The notes under the pieces are model-generated. The model saw nothing but the letters and a program-made list of their open reading frames with translations. It ran no database searches and was not told where the DNA came from. From contig JBAXUE010000003.1 in the NCBI GenBank assembly GCA_037129835.1, positions 87,275-151,274 of the forward strand: a stretch of DNA of 64,000 bases, read 5' to 3'. The DNA comes from a bacterium. Lineage in GTDB: Bacteria > Patescibacteriota > CPR2 > UBA1875 > CAIMLA01. Shown in pieces: positions 9,766 through 19,616 of the stretch (the stretch's first letter is position 1; each line of letters begins with the position of its first letter). The translations under genes and the position numbers were made by a program.

Positions 9766-10398
9766 GTGAAAGCATTAACAACAAAACAAAAGACAGTTCT
9801 CGGTTGGATAGAAGATTCTGTCCAAAAAACTGGCCAAGCCCCGACGGTTCGTGAGCTACAAGAGAGGCTTGGTTGCTCATCCCCTATGGGTGCGGTATCT
9901 CATCTTAACGCTCTTGAGGCAAAAGGATATATTACCAAAGTTGATGGCAAGGCAAGAGGTTTAATACTTAATACCGGCGATGATATCAAATCAAATGATG
10001 ATATCATACAAGTTCCGCTAGTTGGTAATGTAGCCTGCGGTATGCCTATCTGGGCTGAGGAAATGGTAGAAGAGATTATCCCCCTACCCAAGGCATTTGT
10101 ACATTATACTTCAGATGTTTTTATGCTACGTGCCCAAGGCGATTCTATGAATATGGGCGGAATCGATGATGGCGACTACGTAATCTTTCATAAACAAAAC
10201 AGTGCTGACGAGGGAGATAAAGTAGTTGTCCTGATGGGTAGTGAGGCAACAGTTAAAAAATATCGAATAGAAAAAGACAAAAAACGAGTGGTTTTCCAAC
10301 CCATGAGTGATAATCCTAATCATGCACCGATTATACCCGAGCTTGGCACATTTATGATTCAAGGTAAGGTTATCGGCGTAGTAAAGAATAATTTCTAA
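9766..10398 (+). CDS. lexA: SOS repressor LexA; likely start is GTG 9766 after AGGAGG
   Basis: LTTKQ...PTVREL winged HTH, VACG cleavage region, GDSM Ser, ATVKK Lys. Confidence 0.93.
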   Translation: MKALTTKQKTVLGWIEDSVQKTGQAPTVRELQERLGCSSPMGAVSHLNALEAKGYITKVDGKARGLILNTGDDIKSNDDIIQVPLVGNVACGMPIWAEEMVEEIIPLPKAFVHYTSDVFMLRAQGDSMNMGGIDDGDYVIFHKQNSADEGDKVVVLMGSEATVKKYRIEKDKKRVVFQPMSDNPNHAPIIPELGTFMIQGKVIGVVKNNF

Positions 10399-10402
10399 GA
10401 TT

Positions 10403-10768
10403 ATGGAAAAATTTCACGCACTCGTAATTATAAATAGTTTGACTAAGGCAGAAATATTTTCTGATTATAAATTATTAAGCAAGAAAACTGACGGAAGTTG
10501 GTTAATTTTTAAACTAGAACTAAATAATGATAACATTGATAGATTTATCAAAGATATTCAGAGGAATCTAAAAGAAGACCAGGGCTGGTATACACATCTC
10601 TACAATCAAGATGGAAGTAAATTGATAATTATCTTTAAGAACAAAGTCTTCCATACAAATTCATTAAGAGATAATTGGCAAGATGCTATAAAATATGGCG
10701 TATCTATTAGAATCCCAATAGAGCAGCTTGATTTTCGTCCAAATAACTTTGAAAACGAAAAATATTAG
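10403..10768 (+). CDS. conserved hypothetical protein
   Basis: 121-aa ORF in the lexA-recA run; WY.H...IIIF...W..AI.YG..I.IP.EQLDF. Confidence 0.7.
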   Translation: MEKFHALVIINSLTKAEIFSDYKLLSKKTDGSWLIFKLELNNDNIDRFIKDIQRNLKEDQGWYTHLYNQDGSKLIIIFKNKVFHTNSLRDNWQDAIKYGVSIRIPIEQLDFRPNNFENEKY

Positions 10769-10780
10769 GGGGATTTATAA

Positions 10781-11191
10781 ATGAACAAAAAAATTTCATG
10801 TAAGCCAATAACTCAAGAAGATCCATTCGGTTGCGGGGTAGCTTGTACTGCACTCTTGTTAGATCAATCTTATCAAGAAACAATAAAAATGTTTAATATC
10901 AAAAAAATTGAGAATTATGGTTGCGATTGCCCCGATATATCAAAAGTTCTGAATAAGAACGGACTGGCATATAAATGGAAAAAATATACAACAGGTTTGA
11001 TACCAAGCTTTTCTGTAGTCTACCTTGGGCCAAATGACTATTACCAGGTCGGTCATTGGCTTGTCAAGTACAATGATACTTGGATGAATCCATGGGTTTC
11101 TGGCAAGACCATAAAAGAAGCTGAAGCAGGGATGGTAAATAATTTATTAGGCAAAATAACATATATAGTTTACCCATATAATAAAGAATAA
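10781..11191 (+). CDS. C39-like peptidase domain protein (cytoplasmic)
   Basis: Q.DPFGCGVAC (Q...CG.A motif), GHWLV, MNPW; no signal or TM segment. Confidence 0.6.
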   Translation: MNKKISCKPITQEDPFGCGVACTALLLDQSYQETIKMFNIKKIENYGCDCPDISKVLNKNGLAYKWKKYTTGLIPSFSVVYLGPNDYYQVGHWLVKYNDTWMNPWVSGKTIKEAEAGMVNNLLGKITYIVYPYNKE

Positions 11192-11200
11192 GGAGAAAAG

Positions 11201-12223
11201 ATGACAACCAAAGAAACAAAAGCTGAGAAACAGGCAAGCAATACGGAGAGAATGGACAATATACAGACAGCAGTAGACGCGATAGAAAAACAATTCGGTA
11301 AAGGCTCGATTATGAAGCTTGGAGAGGCTGGTAACTGCCACGTTGAAACAATTTCTACAGGTTCGCTATCACTGGATCTAGCACTCGGAGGCGGAGTGCC
11401 TAAAGGAAGAATTATCGAAATATACGGACCTGAGTCTTCTGGCAAAACCACCTTAGCTTATCATGTAGTAGCGGAAGCTCAGAGAAATGGCGGTATTGCT
11501 GCCTTTATCGACGCAGAGCATGCTCTGGATCCTGATTATGCTAAAAATATTGGAGTTGATATCGATAAACTCTTAATTTCGCAACCAGATACTGGCGAGC
11601 AGGCCTTAGAAATTGCCGAAACCCTGGTCCGATCCAATTCTATTGATGTTTTGGTTATAGACTCAGTCGCAGCACTAGTACCGCGAGCTGAAATAGAAGG
11701 TGATATGGGCGACTCCCATATGGGCCTTCAGGCAAGATTGATGTCTCAAGCTTTAAGAAAAATGACTGGAGCTATATCTAAATCAAATACCGTCGTAATA
11801 TTTATTAACCAAATACGTATGAAAATAGGAGTTATGTTTGGCAATCCAGAGACGACTTCTGGTGGACAGGCCTTGAAGTTTTTTTCTTCTGTAAGAATGG
11901 ACATACGCCGTAGTGAGCAGCTAAAAGATGGTGACAACGTTATCGGCAACCGTGTAAAAGTCAAAGTTGTAAAAAATAAAGTAGCACCGCCATTCAGAGT
12001 TGCCGAGTTTGATATTATGTACAACGAGGGAATAGCTAGAACTGGCGAGATTATAGACTTGGGGGTAAAGTACGGTTTGGTTGGAAAGGCAGGGTCCTGG
12101 TATGAATATAAAGAAGAAAAAATCGGACAAGGCCGTGAAGCAGCGAAGCAGTATTTAAAAGATAACCCGAAAATATGTTCCGAAATTGAAAAGCAAGTCA
12201 GAATAGCAGCTGTTTCAAAGTAG
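11201..12223 (+). CDS. recA: recombinase A
   Basis: [37 protein letters not shown]. Confidence 0.98.
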   Translation: MTTKETKAEKQASNTERMDNIQTAVDAIEKQFGKGSIMKLGEAGNCHVETISTGSLSLDLALGGGVPKGRIIEIYGPESSGKTTLAYHVVAEAQRNGGIAAFIDAEHALDPDYAKNIGVDIDKLLISQPDTGEQALEIAETLVRSNSIDVLVIDSVAALVPRAEIEGDMGDSHMGLQARLMSQALRKMTGAISKSNTVVIFINQIRMKIGVMFGNPETTSGGQALKFFSSVRMDIRRSEQLKDGDNVIGNRVKVKVVKNKVAPPFRVAEFDIMYNEGIARTGEIIDLGVKYGLVGKAGSWYEYKEEKIGQGREAAKQYLKDNPKICSEIEKQVRIAAVSK

Positions 12224-12240
12224 ATACGGAGTCTCATAAA

Positions 12241-12855
12241 ATGAAGATAACATCGCTTGAGCCACAGGCTCATACGAAAAACCGCTTTAATATGTATGTG
12301 GATGGTAAATTTCATTCAGGTTTGCTAATTTCTACTGCGGCTTCTTTGGGACTTTATGAGAATAAAGAGGTAACGGCCTTTGAGATAGCTAATATTGACG
12401 TAGAAGAAGAATATCAGAAGTGTATGACTTCTGCCTTGCTATTAGCATCTAGAAGAATGCAATCTGAAAAAGAATATTGGCAAAAACTTGGAAGGCGCTA
12501 TGACAAGGCAGTAATTGGTACCTGCTTAGATAGATTGCGAGTACTTGGTTATGCAGACGACAAGCATTTTGCAGAGATGTGGGTAAGAGAAAGATCTCTT
12601 AACCGAGGAGTGGTGTTATTGAGGCAGGAGCTGACTCAAAAAGGAGTAGACAAACATATCGTTGAAGATTGTTTGGGCGATATTGCAGACGATTTTACTA
12701 TAGAAAGTGCTAAGTCATTGGCTTTGCGAAGATATAAACCGCAAATCGCCAGAAAAGAAAATTTTGCAAAAATAGTCGGATATTTGAACCGCCGAGGTTA
12801 TAGTTACGATACGGCAAAATCTGTATTTAATATAATTGATAAGACCACTGACTAG
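12241..12855 (+). CDS. recX: RecX regulator
   Basis: Follows recA; R..SEKE, GY.DD..FAE.WV, L.RRGYSY. Confidence 0.88.
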   Translation: MKITSLEPQAHTKNRFNMYVDGKFHSGLLISTAASLGLYENKEVTAFEIANIDVEEEYQKCMTSALLLASRRMQSEKEYWQKLGRRYDKAVIGTCLDRLRVLGYADDKHFAEMWVRERSLNRGVVLLRQELTQKGVDKHIVEDCLGDIADDFTIESAKSLALRRYKPQIARKENFAKIVGYLNRRGYSYDTAKSVFNIIDKTTD

Positions 12856-12868
12856 CAGTGGTCTTATC
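12838..12868. terminator. hairpin between convergent recX and the small peptide gene
   Basis: GATAAGACCACTG-ACTAG-CAGTGGTCTTATC, 13-bp perfect stem. Confidence 0.7.
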
Positions 12869-12884
12869 GTGTGCTTCCGCGATA

Positions 12885-12956
12885 TTATTGATTTTGAATG
12901 CTGAGCACCTTGTAGGTAAACGCAAACGCGGCTCCCCACATGAGTAATGGTAACAT
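12885..12956 (-). CDS. unannotated 23-aa hydrophobic peptide MLPLLMWGAAFAFTYKVLSIQNQ
   Basis: AGAGGAGG Shine-Dalgarno before ATG, perfect upstream promoter, downstream hairpin. Confidence 0.6.
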   Translation of the reverse strand: MLPLLMWGAAFAFTYKVLSIQNQ

Positions 12957-12988
12957 CCTACCTCCTCTACGCATTTCAGCGTGTTAGT

Positions 12989-13017
12989 ATTATAGGCTCA
13001 GGAGCCCTATTTGTCAA
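12989..13017 (-). promoter_or_regulatory. consensus sigma70 promoter
   Basis: Minus strand TTGACA-N17-TATAAT; the spacer is itself an inverted repeat (TAGGGCTC-CT-GAGCCTA). Confidence 0.8.
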
Positions 13018-13172
13018 TCGATTTATCCTGTTAAATTCATACTAAAAGCCTTAGCAAAGGGAAAATAGATTTGTGCATAACTTCTCAAATTAAACATTAT
13101 TTATAATCTTATCCTTTACAACACTCTTATCTTGTGCTAAAATCTGATAGCAAATAAGAAGGATTTAGGTCA

Positions 13173-13541
13173 ATGCCAATCACAAAATCAGCCATTAAGG
13201 CAATGAAACAAAGCCGTAAGGCGAACGATCGTAATAAAGTAGTTAAGGCAGATTATAAAGCTAAGGTCAAGGCTGTCAAAAAAGAATCAGCCGGTGACTC
13301 AAAAAATCTAGGCAAGCTAGCTTCTCTTGCGGTTCAGTCTTTAGACAAAGCTGCTAAAAACGGAGTTATCCATAAAAGAACCGCGGCAAGAAAGAAATCC
13401 AGGCTTGCTAAGGCACTTGAGAGAACTACAGGTAAATCGATAGAGCTAAATTCTATTAAAGAGCCGGTTTCTCTAGCTAAACCAAAGGTTTCTGCAAAAT
13501 CAAAAACTACTCCCAAGAAAACTATAAAAAAAGAGGCTTAG
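13173..13541 (+). CDS. rpsT: 30S ribosomal protein S20 with Lys-rich C-terminal extension
   Basis: MPITKSAIK, LDKAAKNGVIHKRTAARKKSRL. Confidence 0.95.
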   Translation: MPITKSAIKAMKQSRKANDRNKVVKADYKAKVKAVKKESAGDSKNLGKLASLAVQSLDKAAKNGVIHKRTAARKKSRLAKALERTTGKSIELNSIKEPVSLAKPKVSAKSKTTPKKTIKKEA

Positions 13542-13552
13542 GCCTCTTTTTT
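13526..13552. terminator. bidirectional terminator at the rpsT/holA convergence
   Basis: A-tract-GAGGC-TTAG-GCCTC-T-tract. Confidence 0.7.
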
Positions 13553-14479
13553 ACTTAAACGAATTACCAGACGCTCTAGTAAAGTGGTAGGATCTCCAAA
13601 GCCTTGCTTTATCATCGAATCTGTTTTCAATACAGCTTCGTGCATAGTTAGTAATTGGGGCATAGTGAAATAACGAATTTGGCCAAGAGATTTTTGTACA
13701 ACGAACTGGTGAAGTTTAGTCCTAGATTGTATTTCGAATTCGTTTAATCTGTGTTCGTGGAGATCTCTCACCAATAATAAGTTGCGAACCTGCCCCCCTA
13801 TCATGCCAAGTATCCCAAGTGGCTCCTCGCCAATACTTAGAAGTTTTTCTAAATGATACAGCGCTTTTTTACTATTCTTACTCGATATTGCATCTGTGAG
13901 GTCAAAAATACGGTTAAAATACCCGGCGTCTACCAATAGATCCACGTTAATAGTTGAAATGTTGGGATTATAAGCTATAAGTTTATCTATTTCATTATTG
14001 ACTGAGTTTAGATCAGTGCCGCAGGCAAACTGTAGATTGCGGGCAGTAAGCTCGTCAATTGTACCGCTTTTTTCCAATACTCGTTTTTTTATATACGAGA
14101 CTATATCTGCGACACTCATTGGTTTAAATTCATGTATTTCGCCAAATTTACTAATATTTTTATATATTTTCAGTCTTTTGTCTGGTGTGTCATTATCTAT
14201 AATAACTATATCGGTAAAATCGGGAACATTTTCGAGCCATGTTGCAAAAGTGTCTAAAAAATTCTTATCCTTAGACTTAAAAACGCCTTCTAATACAATC
14301 ATTCGGCGGTCAGATAAGAAGGGTAACGATGATGCTTCTAAAATAATCTTTCCTACTTCGAAAGTATTCCGGTGAAAGGTGAGATTTATACTATCATTTA
14401 CGAAACCCAGTTTTTCCTTTAATCCAGAATAAAAACGGTCACGTCCATATTTGTCTTCTCCAAAAAGTAGATATATCAT
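13538..14479 (-). CDS. holA: DNA polymerase III delta subunit
   Basis: MIYLLFGED, LPFLSDRRMIV, NEIDKL, IFDLTDAI, D..IK.G; start overlaps the mutM stop (TAATG). Confidence 0.9.
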   Translation of the reverse strand: MIYLLFGEDKYGRDRFYSGLKEKLGFVNDSINLTFHRNTFEVGKIILEASSLPFLSDRRMIVLEGVFKSKDKNFLDTFATWLENVPDFTDIVIIDNDTPDKRLKIYKNISKFGEIHEFKPMSVADIVSYIKKRVLEKSGTIDELTARNLQFACGTDLNSVNNEIDKLIAYNPNISTINVDLLVDAGYFNRIFDLTDAISSKNSKKALYHLEKLLSIGEEPLGILGMIGGQVRNLLLVRDLHEHRLNEFEIQSRTKLHQFVVQKSLGQIRYFTMPQLLTMHEAVLKTDSMIKQGFGDPTTLLERLVIRLSKKEA

Positions 14480-15327
14480 TATCTTTGGCACCTTGGGCAA
14501 TAGTGTGTACCCCTACCTGCTAGTTTTATTTTTTCGATTGTCCCACCGCAGTGGTATGGGCACATCTCGCCTTCTTTATGATAGACATTCAGATAATTTT
14601 GCATGCCACCCTTTTCTCCAAATACATTTAAATAATCACTGTCCGTTGTTCCGCCTTTCGATATTGAGAAGGCTAAGATATCAGATATATTAGTTGACAA
14701 CAAGTTCCATTCTGTCGGAGATACTTTTGATATCACTCTTTCGGGATTAATTTTACTTTTAAATAGAGCCTCATCAGCATAAATATTGCCCACCCCTGCT
14801 ATAACTCCTTGGTCCATGATAAACTTTTTTATTTGCGATTTTGGCGACCTCTTGGCCCGCTCTATAAGGTAGTTGGTATCTATTGATGGATACGCTTCAG
14901 GGCCGAATTTAGAAAAATAATTATTATATCCATCTTGATTCACTACCCTGCACCAGCCAAACTTTCTTAAATCATTAAAATATAATTTCTTATCTTTTCC
15001 AAAAGAGAAAATGACGCGGGTATGTTTACTAGGGAGTTTTTCGTGCCATTCGTGTGAAGCATGACCACCAGCAAGTCGGGTTCCATGGTTGATATATATA
15101 AGTTGACCAGTCATCTTGAGATGGATAAGCAAACATAGTTTGTTTTCGAAGGATATAATTATAGTCTTAGCTCGTCTCCCGACTGAAGAAATTTTAATAT
15201 TTGCAATCTTCCTTCCGTCGTCAGTAAATGAACCGTAATTAAGTACTTCAATATCGGTTATCTTTTCTCCCGAGATAACTTTGTTTAGTTGCTTTACAAT
15301 TGTTTCTACTTCAGGAAGTTCTGGCAT
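14479..15327 (-). CDS. mutM: formamidopyrimidine-DNA glycosylase
   Basis: MPELPEVET, HLKMTG, GVGNIYADE, C-terminal zinc finger. Confidence 0.96.
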   Translation of the reverse strand: MPELPEVETIVKQLNKVISGEKITDIEVLNYGSFTDDGRKIANIKISSVGRRAKTIIISFENKLCLLIHLKMTGQLIYINHGTRLAGGHASHEWHEKLPSKHTRVIFSFGKDKKLYFNDLRKFGWCRVVNQDGYNNYFSKFGPEAYPSIDTNYLIERAKRSPKSQIKKFIMDQGVIAGVGNIYADEALFKSKINPERVISKVSPTEWNLLSTNISDILAFSISKGGTTDSDYLNVFGEKGGMQNYLNVYHKEGEMCPYHCGGTIEKIKLAGRGTHYCPRCQR

Positions 15328-15352
15328 AGCATCTTTCTTACGTTTACGGGTA

Positions 15353-16207
15353 TTATTCCGTAATTTGTTTTGCAGATTCGCTTTTTATTTCTTTTTCCAT
15401 CCTTCTATGGGACGGGAATTTTATAATCTCTGCTTGTTTTTTTCTGGGTCCAAAAACAATAGTTCTTATTAAGATACGAAAACCTTTTGGCCACATAAAA
15501 AAAGCGTATCTGAAAATACCATTAAGTTCCCATTTGTCATTCATGGATTGAGTTTGTGAATCTAAAATAGCTTCTTTTAAGTCACTTGCTGTTTGGCCTT
15601 CAAAAATTGTGAAGCCTTTTCCTATAGATTCTAAAATATGGGCATCACTTCCGCCAACTTCAGCTTCGAAAAGAAGTAACTGATTAATGTACTTGGCTTT
15701 TAGATTTTCTTGTTCATAGGTAGGGATTCCGTTAACTGTTTCAATACCATCGAGGCCGTTTTTTTCCTTAATTAAACCGGCCGCACCGATCCCTTTAGCC
15801 GCGTAGACCTTATTACTGTTAAACCTAGTGGTGAGAAACGGGTGAGCTGCGATGGCAATTCCGCCTTGTTTGTGGATATTCTTAATTACTTCATGGGCTG
15901 GCTGCAAAGGTTCTATTTTTTCATTTATATAAAGTGCAAGGATGTGACCTTCATTTGATGATACTTCTTCCCCCACAACTAGGTCAAAACGATATTTTTT
16001 TTTCGCCATTAATTCTTTGGCATATATGGCACCATTGATTGTATCATGGTCAGTTATAGCGATAACGCAAAAGTCTGTTTCGTTTTCGACATATTCTAAT
16101 ATTTCTTCTATTGACGGTTTTCCATCCGAGAAGTTGCTGTGTATATGGAGATCAGCTTTACCAAGATGAGGAAACTGCTTGTGAATCTGTTTTTTAAATC
16201 TAACCAT
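15353..16207 (-). CDS. PHP-domain phosphoesterase
   Basis: DLHIHS..SDG, AITDHD, AHPF, GGSDAH. Confidence 0.88.
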   Translation of the reverse strand: MVRFKKQIHKQFPHLGKADLHIHSNFSDGKPSIEEILEYVENETDFCVIAITDHDTINGAIYAKELMAKKKYRFDLVVGEEVSSNEGHILALYINEKIEPLQPAHEVIKNIHKQGGIAIAAHPFLTTRFNSNKVYAAKGIGAAGLIKEKNGLDGIETVNGIPTYEQENLKAKYINQLLLFEAEVGGSDAHILESIGKGFTIFEGQTASDLKEAILDSQTQSMNDKWELNGIFRYAFFMWPKGFRILIRTIVFGPRKKQAEIIKFPSHRRMEKEIKSESAKQITE

Positions 16208-16234
16208 ATGTAGATTATAGCATTTTATACTCGC

Positions 16235-16933
16235 TTAAAAAATACTGATTGCTACGAAAATGTCGGCAATAACGTGTGTTACTATGGCCGGCAGCAAACT
16301 TTTGTATTTTTTTGTCATGTAACCCCAAGCCAAACCAAGGAAAAAGGTTAGTCCTACGAAAAGCCAAAGATTACTGCTCATGGGGTTAAAAACATGAATA
16401 AGCGCGAAGGCAGTGGCTTGAAAGAAGTTAGCGAACCAAAAACCATATTTTCTAGTGAACATCTCGAGACCGATACCTCGAAAAAAAACTTCTTCTACAA
16501 AGGCATTACTAACTGCGTATAAAATAAATATAGGAAAGTTGGTTAGATAAAAAATCAGGGTGAAAGAGGCGCTTTTTAAAAAGAAGGGGTATAGAATTAC
16601 ACCAAGAATCGTAAAAATAAAGGTTCCCCAAAAAGTAAAAAGAAAGAGATTTTTGTTATTTTTGAAACCTAAGTATATGTCCTCTCCGTCCAAGCCTATA
16701 TTTTGCGAGAGAAAGAATATCAATGGTAATATCACGGCTACTCTGATGAGCCCCCACAATATAAGATAGCTAGGCTGTATCATTGACACGAGGTCTTGGT
16801 GGAAAACAAGCTTGCTCGCTGCCATACTGAGCGGATATTGTAATAATATGAGCAGATATATGATGGATAAAAAAATCCATCTAGTGTTATGAACGAGTAA
16901 ATTATTTTTGTGCGTTTTTTGAAGCATATTCAC
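16235..16933 (-). CDS. CPBP (CAAX/Abi) intramembrane metalloprotease
   Basis: EEVFFRG, FALIH, H...D motifs; multiple TM segments. Confidence 0.88.
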   Translation of the reverse strand: MNMLQKTHKNNLLVHNTRWIFLSIIYLLILLQYPLSMAASKLVFHQDLVSMIQPSYLILWGLIRVAVILPLIFFLSQNIGLDGEDIYLGFKNNKNLFLFTFWGTFIFTILGVILYPFFLKSASFTLIFYLTNFPIFILYAVSNAFVEEVFFRGIGLEMFTRKYGFWFANFFQATAFALIHVFNPMSSNLWLFVGLTFFLGLAWGYMTKKYKSLLPAIVTHVIADIFVAISIF

Positions 16934-18137
16934 CCGCTATTTTACCACTTGACCAAGCCCATTGTAAGTTATAACCCCCAGAGTCTCCATCTATATCCAA
17001 AATTTCCCCCGCAAAATACAATTTCGGGATTATTCTTGATTGTAGTGTTCCGTCTATATCGGAGAGAGGTATGCCGCCAGATGTTACCTGTGCTTCTTTT
17101 AGAGGACGGACAGATTTTACTGTCAGGCTAAAAAATTTGATGTTATTAATAATCGTTAATCTCTGGATTCTTGAAATTTCTGAAGCGTTTTGATTATCTT
17201 TTAGTTTTGAAATACTAGCGATAAGCTCGGCGACACTTTTTGGCAGAACGCCAGCGATAATATTTCCTGCTGATTTTTTCGGGTACTTTTCAATTTGTTC
17301 TAATAACATTTTATCAAGTTCTTCCTCGGACATATTCGGTATTAGATCAATAGATAACTTAATTACTTCTTTACCAATCTTGGGTGCAACTATCCCGGCG
17401 ATACTCATAGCGGCGGGTCCAGAAATCCCGAAATGAGTAAAAATAATGTCACCAGACCTTTGTATTAAAGGTTCATCCCTTACGGTTGCAGATATTGTTA
17501 CTGGAAACTTAACGCCCATTATTTTTGATATAAATGATTCCTCTATTTCTATTGGTGTAAGAGCTGCATATATTTCAGTAATATTGTGCCCTAGTTTTTT
17601 GGCCCAAAATAAACCATCACCGCTTGAACCAAATTGGTGTGCTGCCCTTCCACCAGTCGCTAGTATTAATGTTTTTGATTCGAATTTCGTTCCATTTTCA
17701 AGAAATACAACGTAATTATCTGTAACTTCAATATTCTTAACAGTTGAATCGAGTAAAACTTTTACGCCGCAATGTTTAAGTTCTTCTGATAGTGACGTTA
17801 CAATAGTACTTGCCTGATTCGTAGCTGGGAAAATTCTGCCCCTATCCTCTTTTTTTGTAACTACACCTAGGCCGTTAAAATATTTGATGGTTTGAATTTG
17901 GTTAAATCTGCCGATTATATCCATCGAAATATTTGACACACTGCCATGATAATTATCAGCTGAGATAGTTTCGTTTGTTAAATTACAACGACCATTGCCA
18001 GTTGCTAGTATCTTTCTGCCTATCAAATTATTTTTTTCGATTAATAAGACTTTTGAGCCGGAGTTTGCTGCCGCAATCGCTGCGAAAATACCGGAGGGGC
18101 CAGAACCAATTACTATTACATCCCGCATATTGGACAT
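16902..18137 (-). CDS. HI0933/YhiN-family flavoprotein oxidoreductase
   Basis: GSGPSG, GRKILATGNGRCNLTN, AQVTSGG, GGYNLQWAWSSG. Confidence 0.92.
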   Translation of the reverse strand: MSNMRDVIVIGSGPSGIFAAIAAANSGSKVLLIEKNNLIGRKILATGNGRCNLTNETISADNYHGSVSNISMDIIGRFNQIQTIKYFNGLGVVTKKEDRGRIFPATNQASTIVTSLSEELKHCGVKVLLDSTVKNIEVTDNYVVFLENGTKFESKTLILATGGRAAHQFGSSGDGLFWAKKLGHNITEIYAALTPIEIEESFISKIMGVKFPVTISATVRDEPLIQRSGDIIFTHFGISGPAAMSIAGIVAPKIGKEVIKLSIDLIPNMSEEELDKMLLEQIEKYPKKSAGNIIAGVLPKSVAELIASISKLKDNQNASEISRIQRLTIINNIKFFSLTVKSVRPLKEAQVTSGGIPLSDIDGTLQSRIIPKLYFAGEILDIDGDSGGYNLQWAWSSGKIAGEYASKNAQK

Positions 18138-18139
18138 TA

Positions 18140-18640
18140 TTAACGATAGTTTCCGAATTGCAGAGGCATTTCTAGGTCGCTAGAGTTGAGTAACTGCATA
18201 ATTTCTTGTAGTTCATTTTTTGACTTGGATGAGACTCTAATTTCCTCACCTTGTATGGATGGCTTTGCTTTAGGAAATGAATCTCTGATATTTTTAGAGA
18301 TTTTTTTTGCATCCTCACTATTAAGTCCGCTTCTGAGGGTAATTTTTTTACGAATTGTGTTTCCTGTTGCGTTTTCTTCAGGTGTCGATTTATCCAAGAC
18401 TTTTAAACTAAGCTCTCTTTTAACCATTTTTGATTCGATAATATCAATGATCGATTGGAGCTTGTAATCACTTTCAGTATGAATGGTGATTAGATTTTCT
18501 TTTTCTGAATAGTCTATATCGGCAAGAACTCCTTTGAAGTCAAATCTCCCGATAATTTCCTTTTTACTTTGGTTAATTGCGTTTGCCATTTCTTGATGGT
18601 CGAAATCGCATGTTATATCAAATGAATAGTCGCTGGCCAT
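18140..18640 (-). CDS. yajQ: YajQ family nucleotide-binding protein
   Basis: SFDI, RFDFKG, IQGEEIRVS.K.K..LQ, LQFGNYR. Confidence 0.93.
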   Translation of the reverse strand: MASDYSFDITCDFDHQEMANAINQSKKEIIGRFDFKGVLADIDYSEKENLITIHTESDYKLQSIIDIIESKMVKRELSLKVLDKSTPEENATGNTIRKKITLRSGLNSEDAKKISKNIRDSFPKAKPSIQGEEIRVSSKSKNELQEIMQLLNSSDLEMPLQFGNYR

Positions 18641-18650
18641 AGTAAACTCC

Positions 18651-19616
18651 TTATTTAATAGTCATTCCTTTTACAAATTCTCTGGTAGTATTTTCGTTTG
18701 CCTTTCCTAGAAAGCCCACCGATTGGTCGTTATAGGTTGCCTGGACAGATCCGCCATCATTTGTGGTAATCTTGATAGTTTCATTCGCCTTATATGTCTG
18801 AGAAACTCCAGCTAACATGATAATAGCTTTTTCGGTAACTTTTTTACCATCAATGTCCACCTGTAATGACGCCGATCTGGGCCCAATAGTCACCTTCACT
18901 TCGAAGGCGCCTGGCGCAGGCGTTGCAGCTCCGATGTACTGTGACACTACAGTTCGGTCTACTTGATTAGTTCTACCTAGCTTGTTTAGTGCCTTTACTT
19001 TAATAATATTGACCCCGGTTTGTAAGTTTACTTTTTCTTTAAAACTACCATTCTGACCTATACCGACCTCGACTTCGTTAATTAGAAGGGTAGAGCCGGG
19101 TGATGTTTCTCCGGCTACAACTACGGAGTTGTCTGATGTAGTAAAATCGTCTGCAGGTCCAGATATGGATAATATCGGAGGAGAAGTTAATATATTAACT
19201 TGCCACCCAATGTAACTAAAGATCAGAAGAAAGAAAAGTGTTATTAAAAAAATAGTAATAGTTTTAGGTGTTATCACCAACTTGGGCGTATTCAATACCT
19301 TTCCAGAAGGTTTATTTTTTATATTTTTTGCACTTTCTTCTAGGCCTCTTTCCCTTTCATATAATCTGATGACCTTGTCGGGATCAAGGCCCAGAAAGGT
19401 TGAATAATTTGAAATAAACCCGCGAACGTAGACGTCAGGAGGAAGTCCAGTGTAGTTCCCACTTTCTATTGCATCGATATGTTTTGCCCTGATTCTGATA
19501 GCCTTTTCGACATCTCTAATATCTAAACCAAGAGAGATTCTTTTTTTTGCTAGTTTTTCTCCTAGTCCCTCTTTTTGAGGTAAGGTTTTACGGGTGAACT
19601 TAACAGCTGCTGTCAT
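18651..19616 (-). CDS. RodZ-like protein (HTH, TM, Ig-like, DUF4115-like)
   Basis: IESG.Y..LP..VYVRGFI..Y..FLGLD HTH, single TM, beta-rich C-terminus; follows ftsK. Confidence 0.8.
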   Translation of the reverse strand: MTAAVKFTRKTLPQKEGLGEKLAKKRISLGLDIRDVEKAIRIRAKHIDAIESGNYTGLPPDVYVRGFISNYSTFLGLDPDKVIRLYERERGLEESAKNIKNKPSGKVLNTPKLVITPKTITIFLITLFFLLIFSYIGWQVNILTSPPILSISGPADDFTTSDNSVVVAGETSPGSTLLINEVEVGIGQNGSFKEKVNLQTGVNIIKVKALNKLGRTNQVDRTVVSQYIGAATPAPGAFEVKVTIGPRSASLQVDIDGKKVTEKAIIMLAGVSQTYKANETIKITTNDGGSVQATYNDQSVGFLGKANENTTREFVKGMTIK

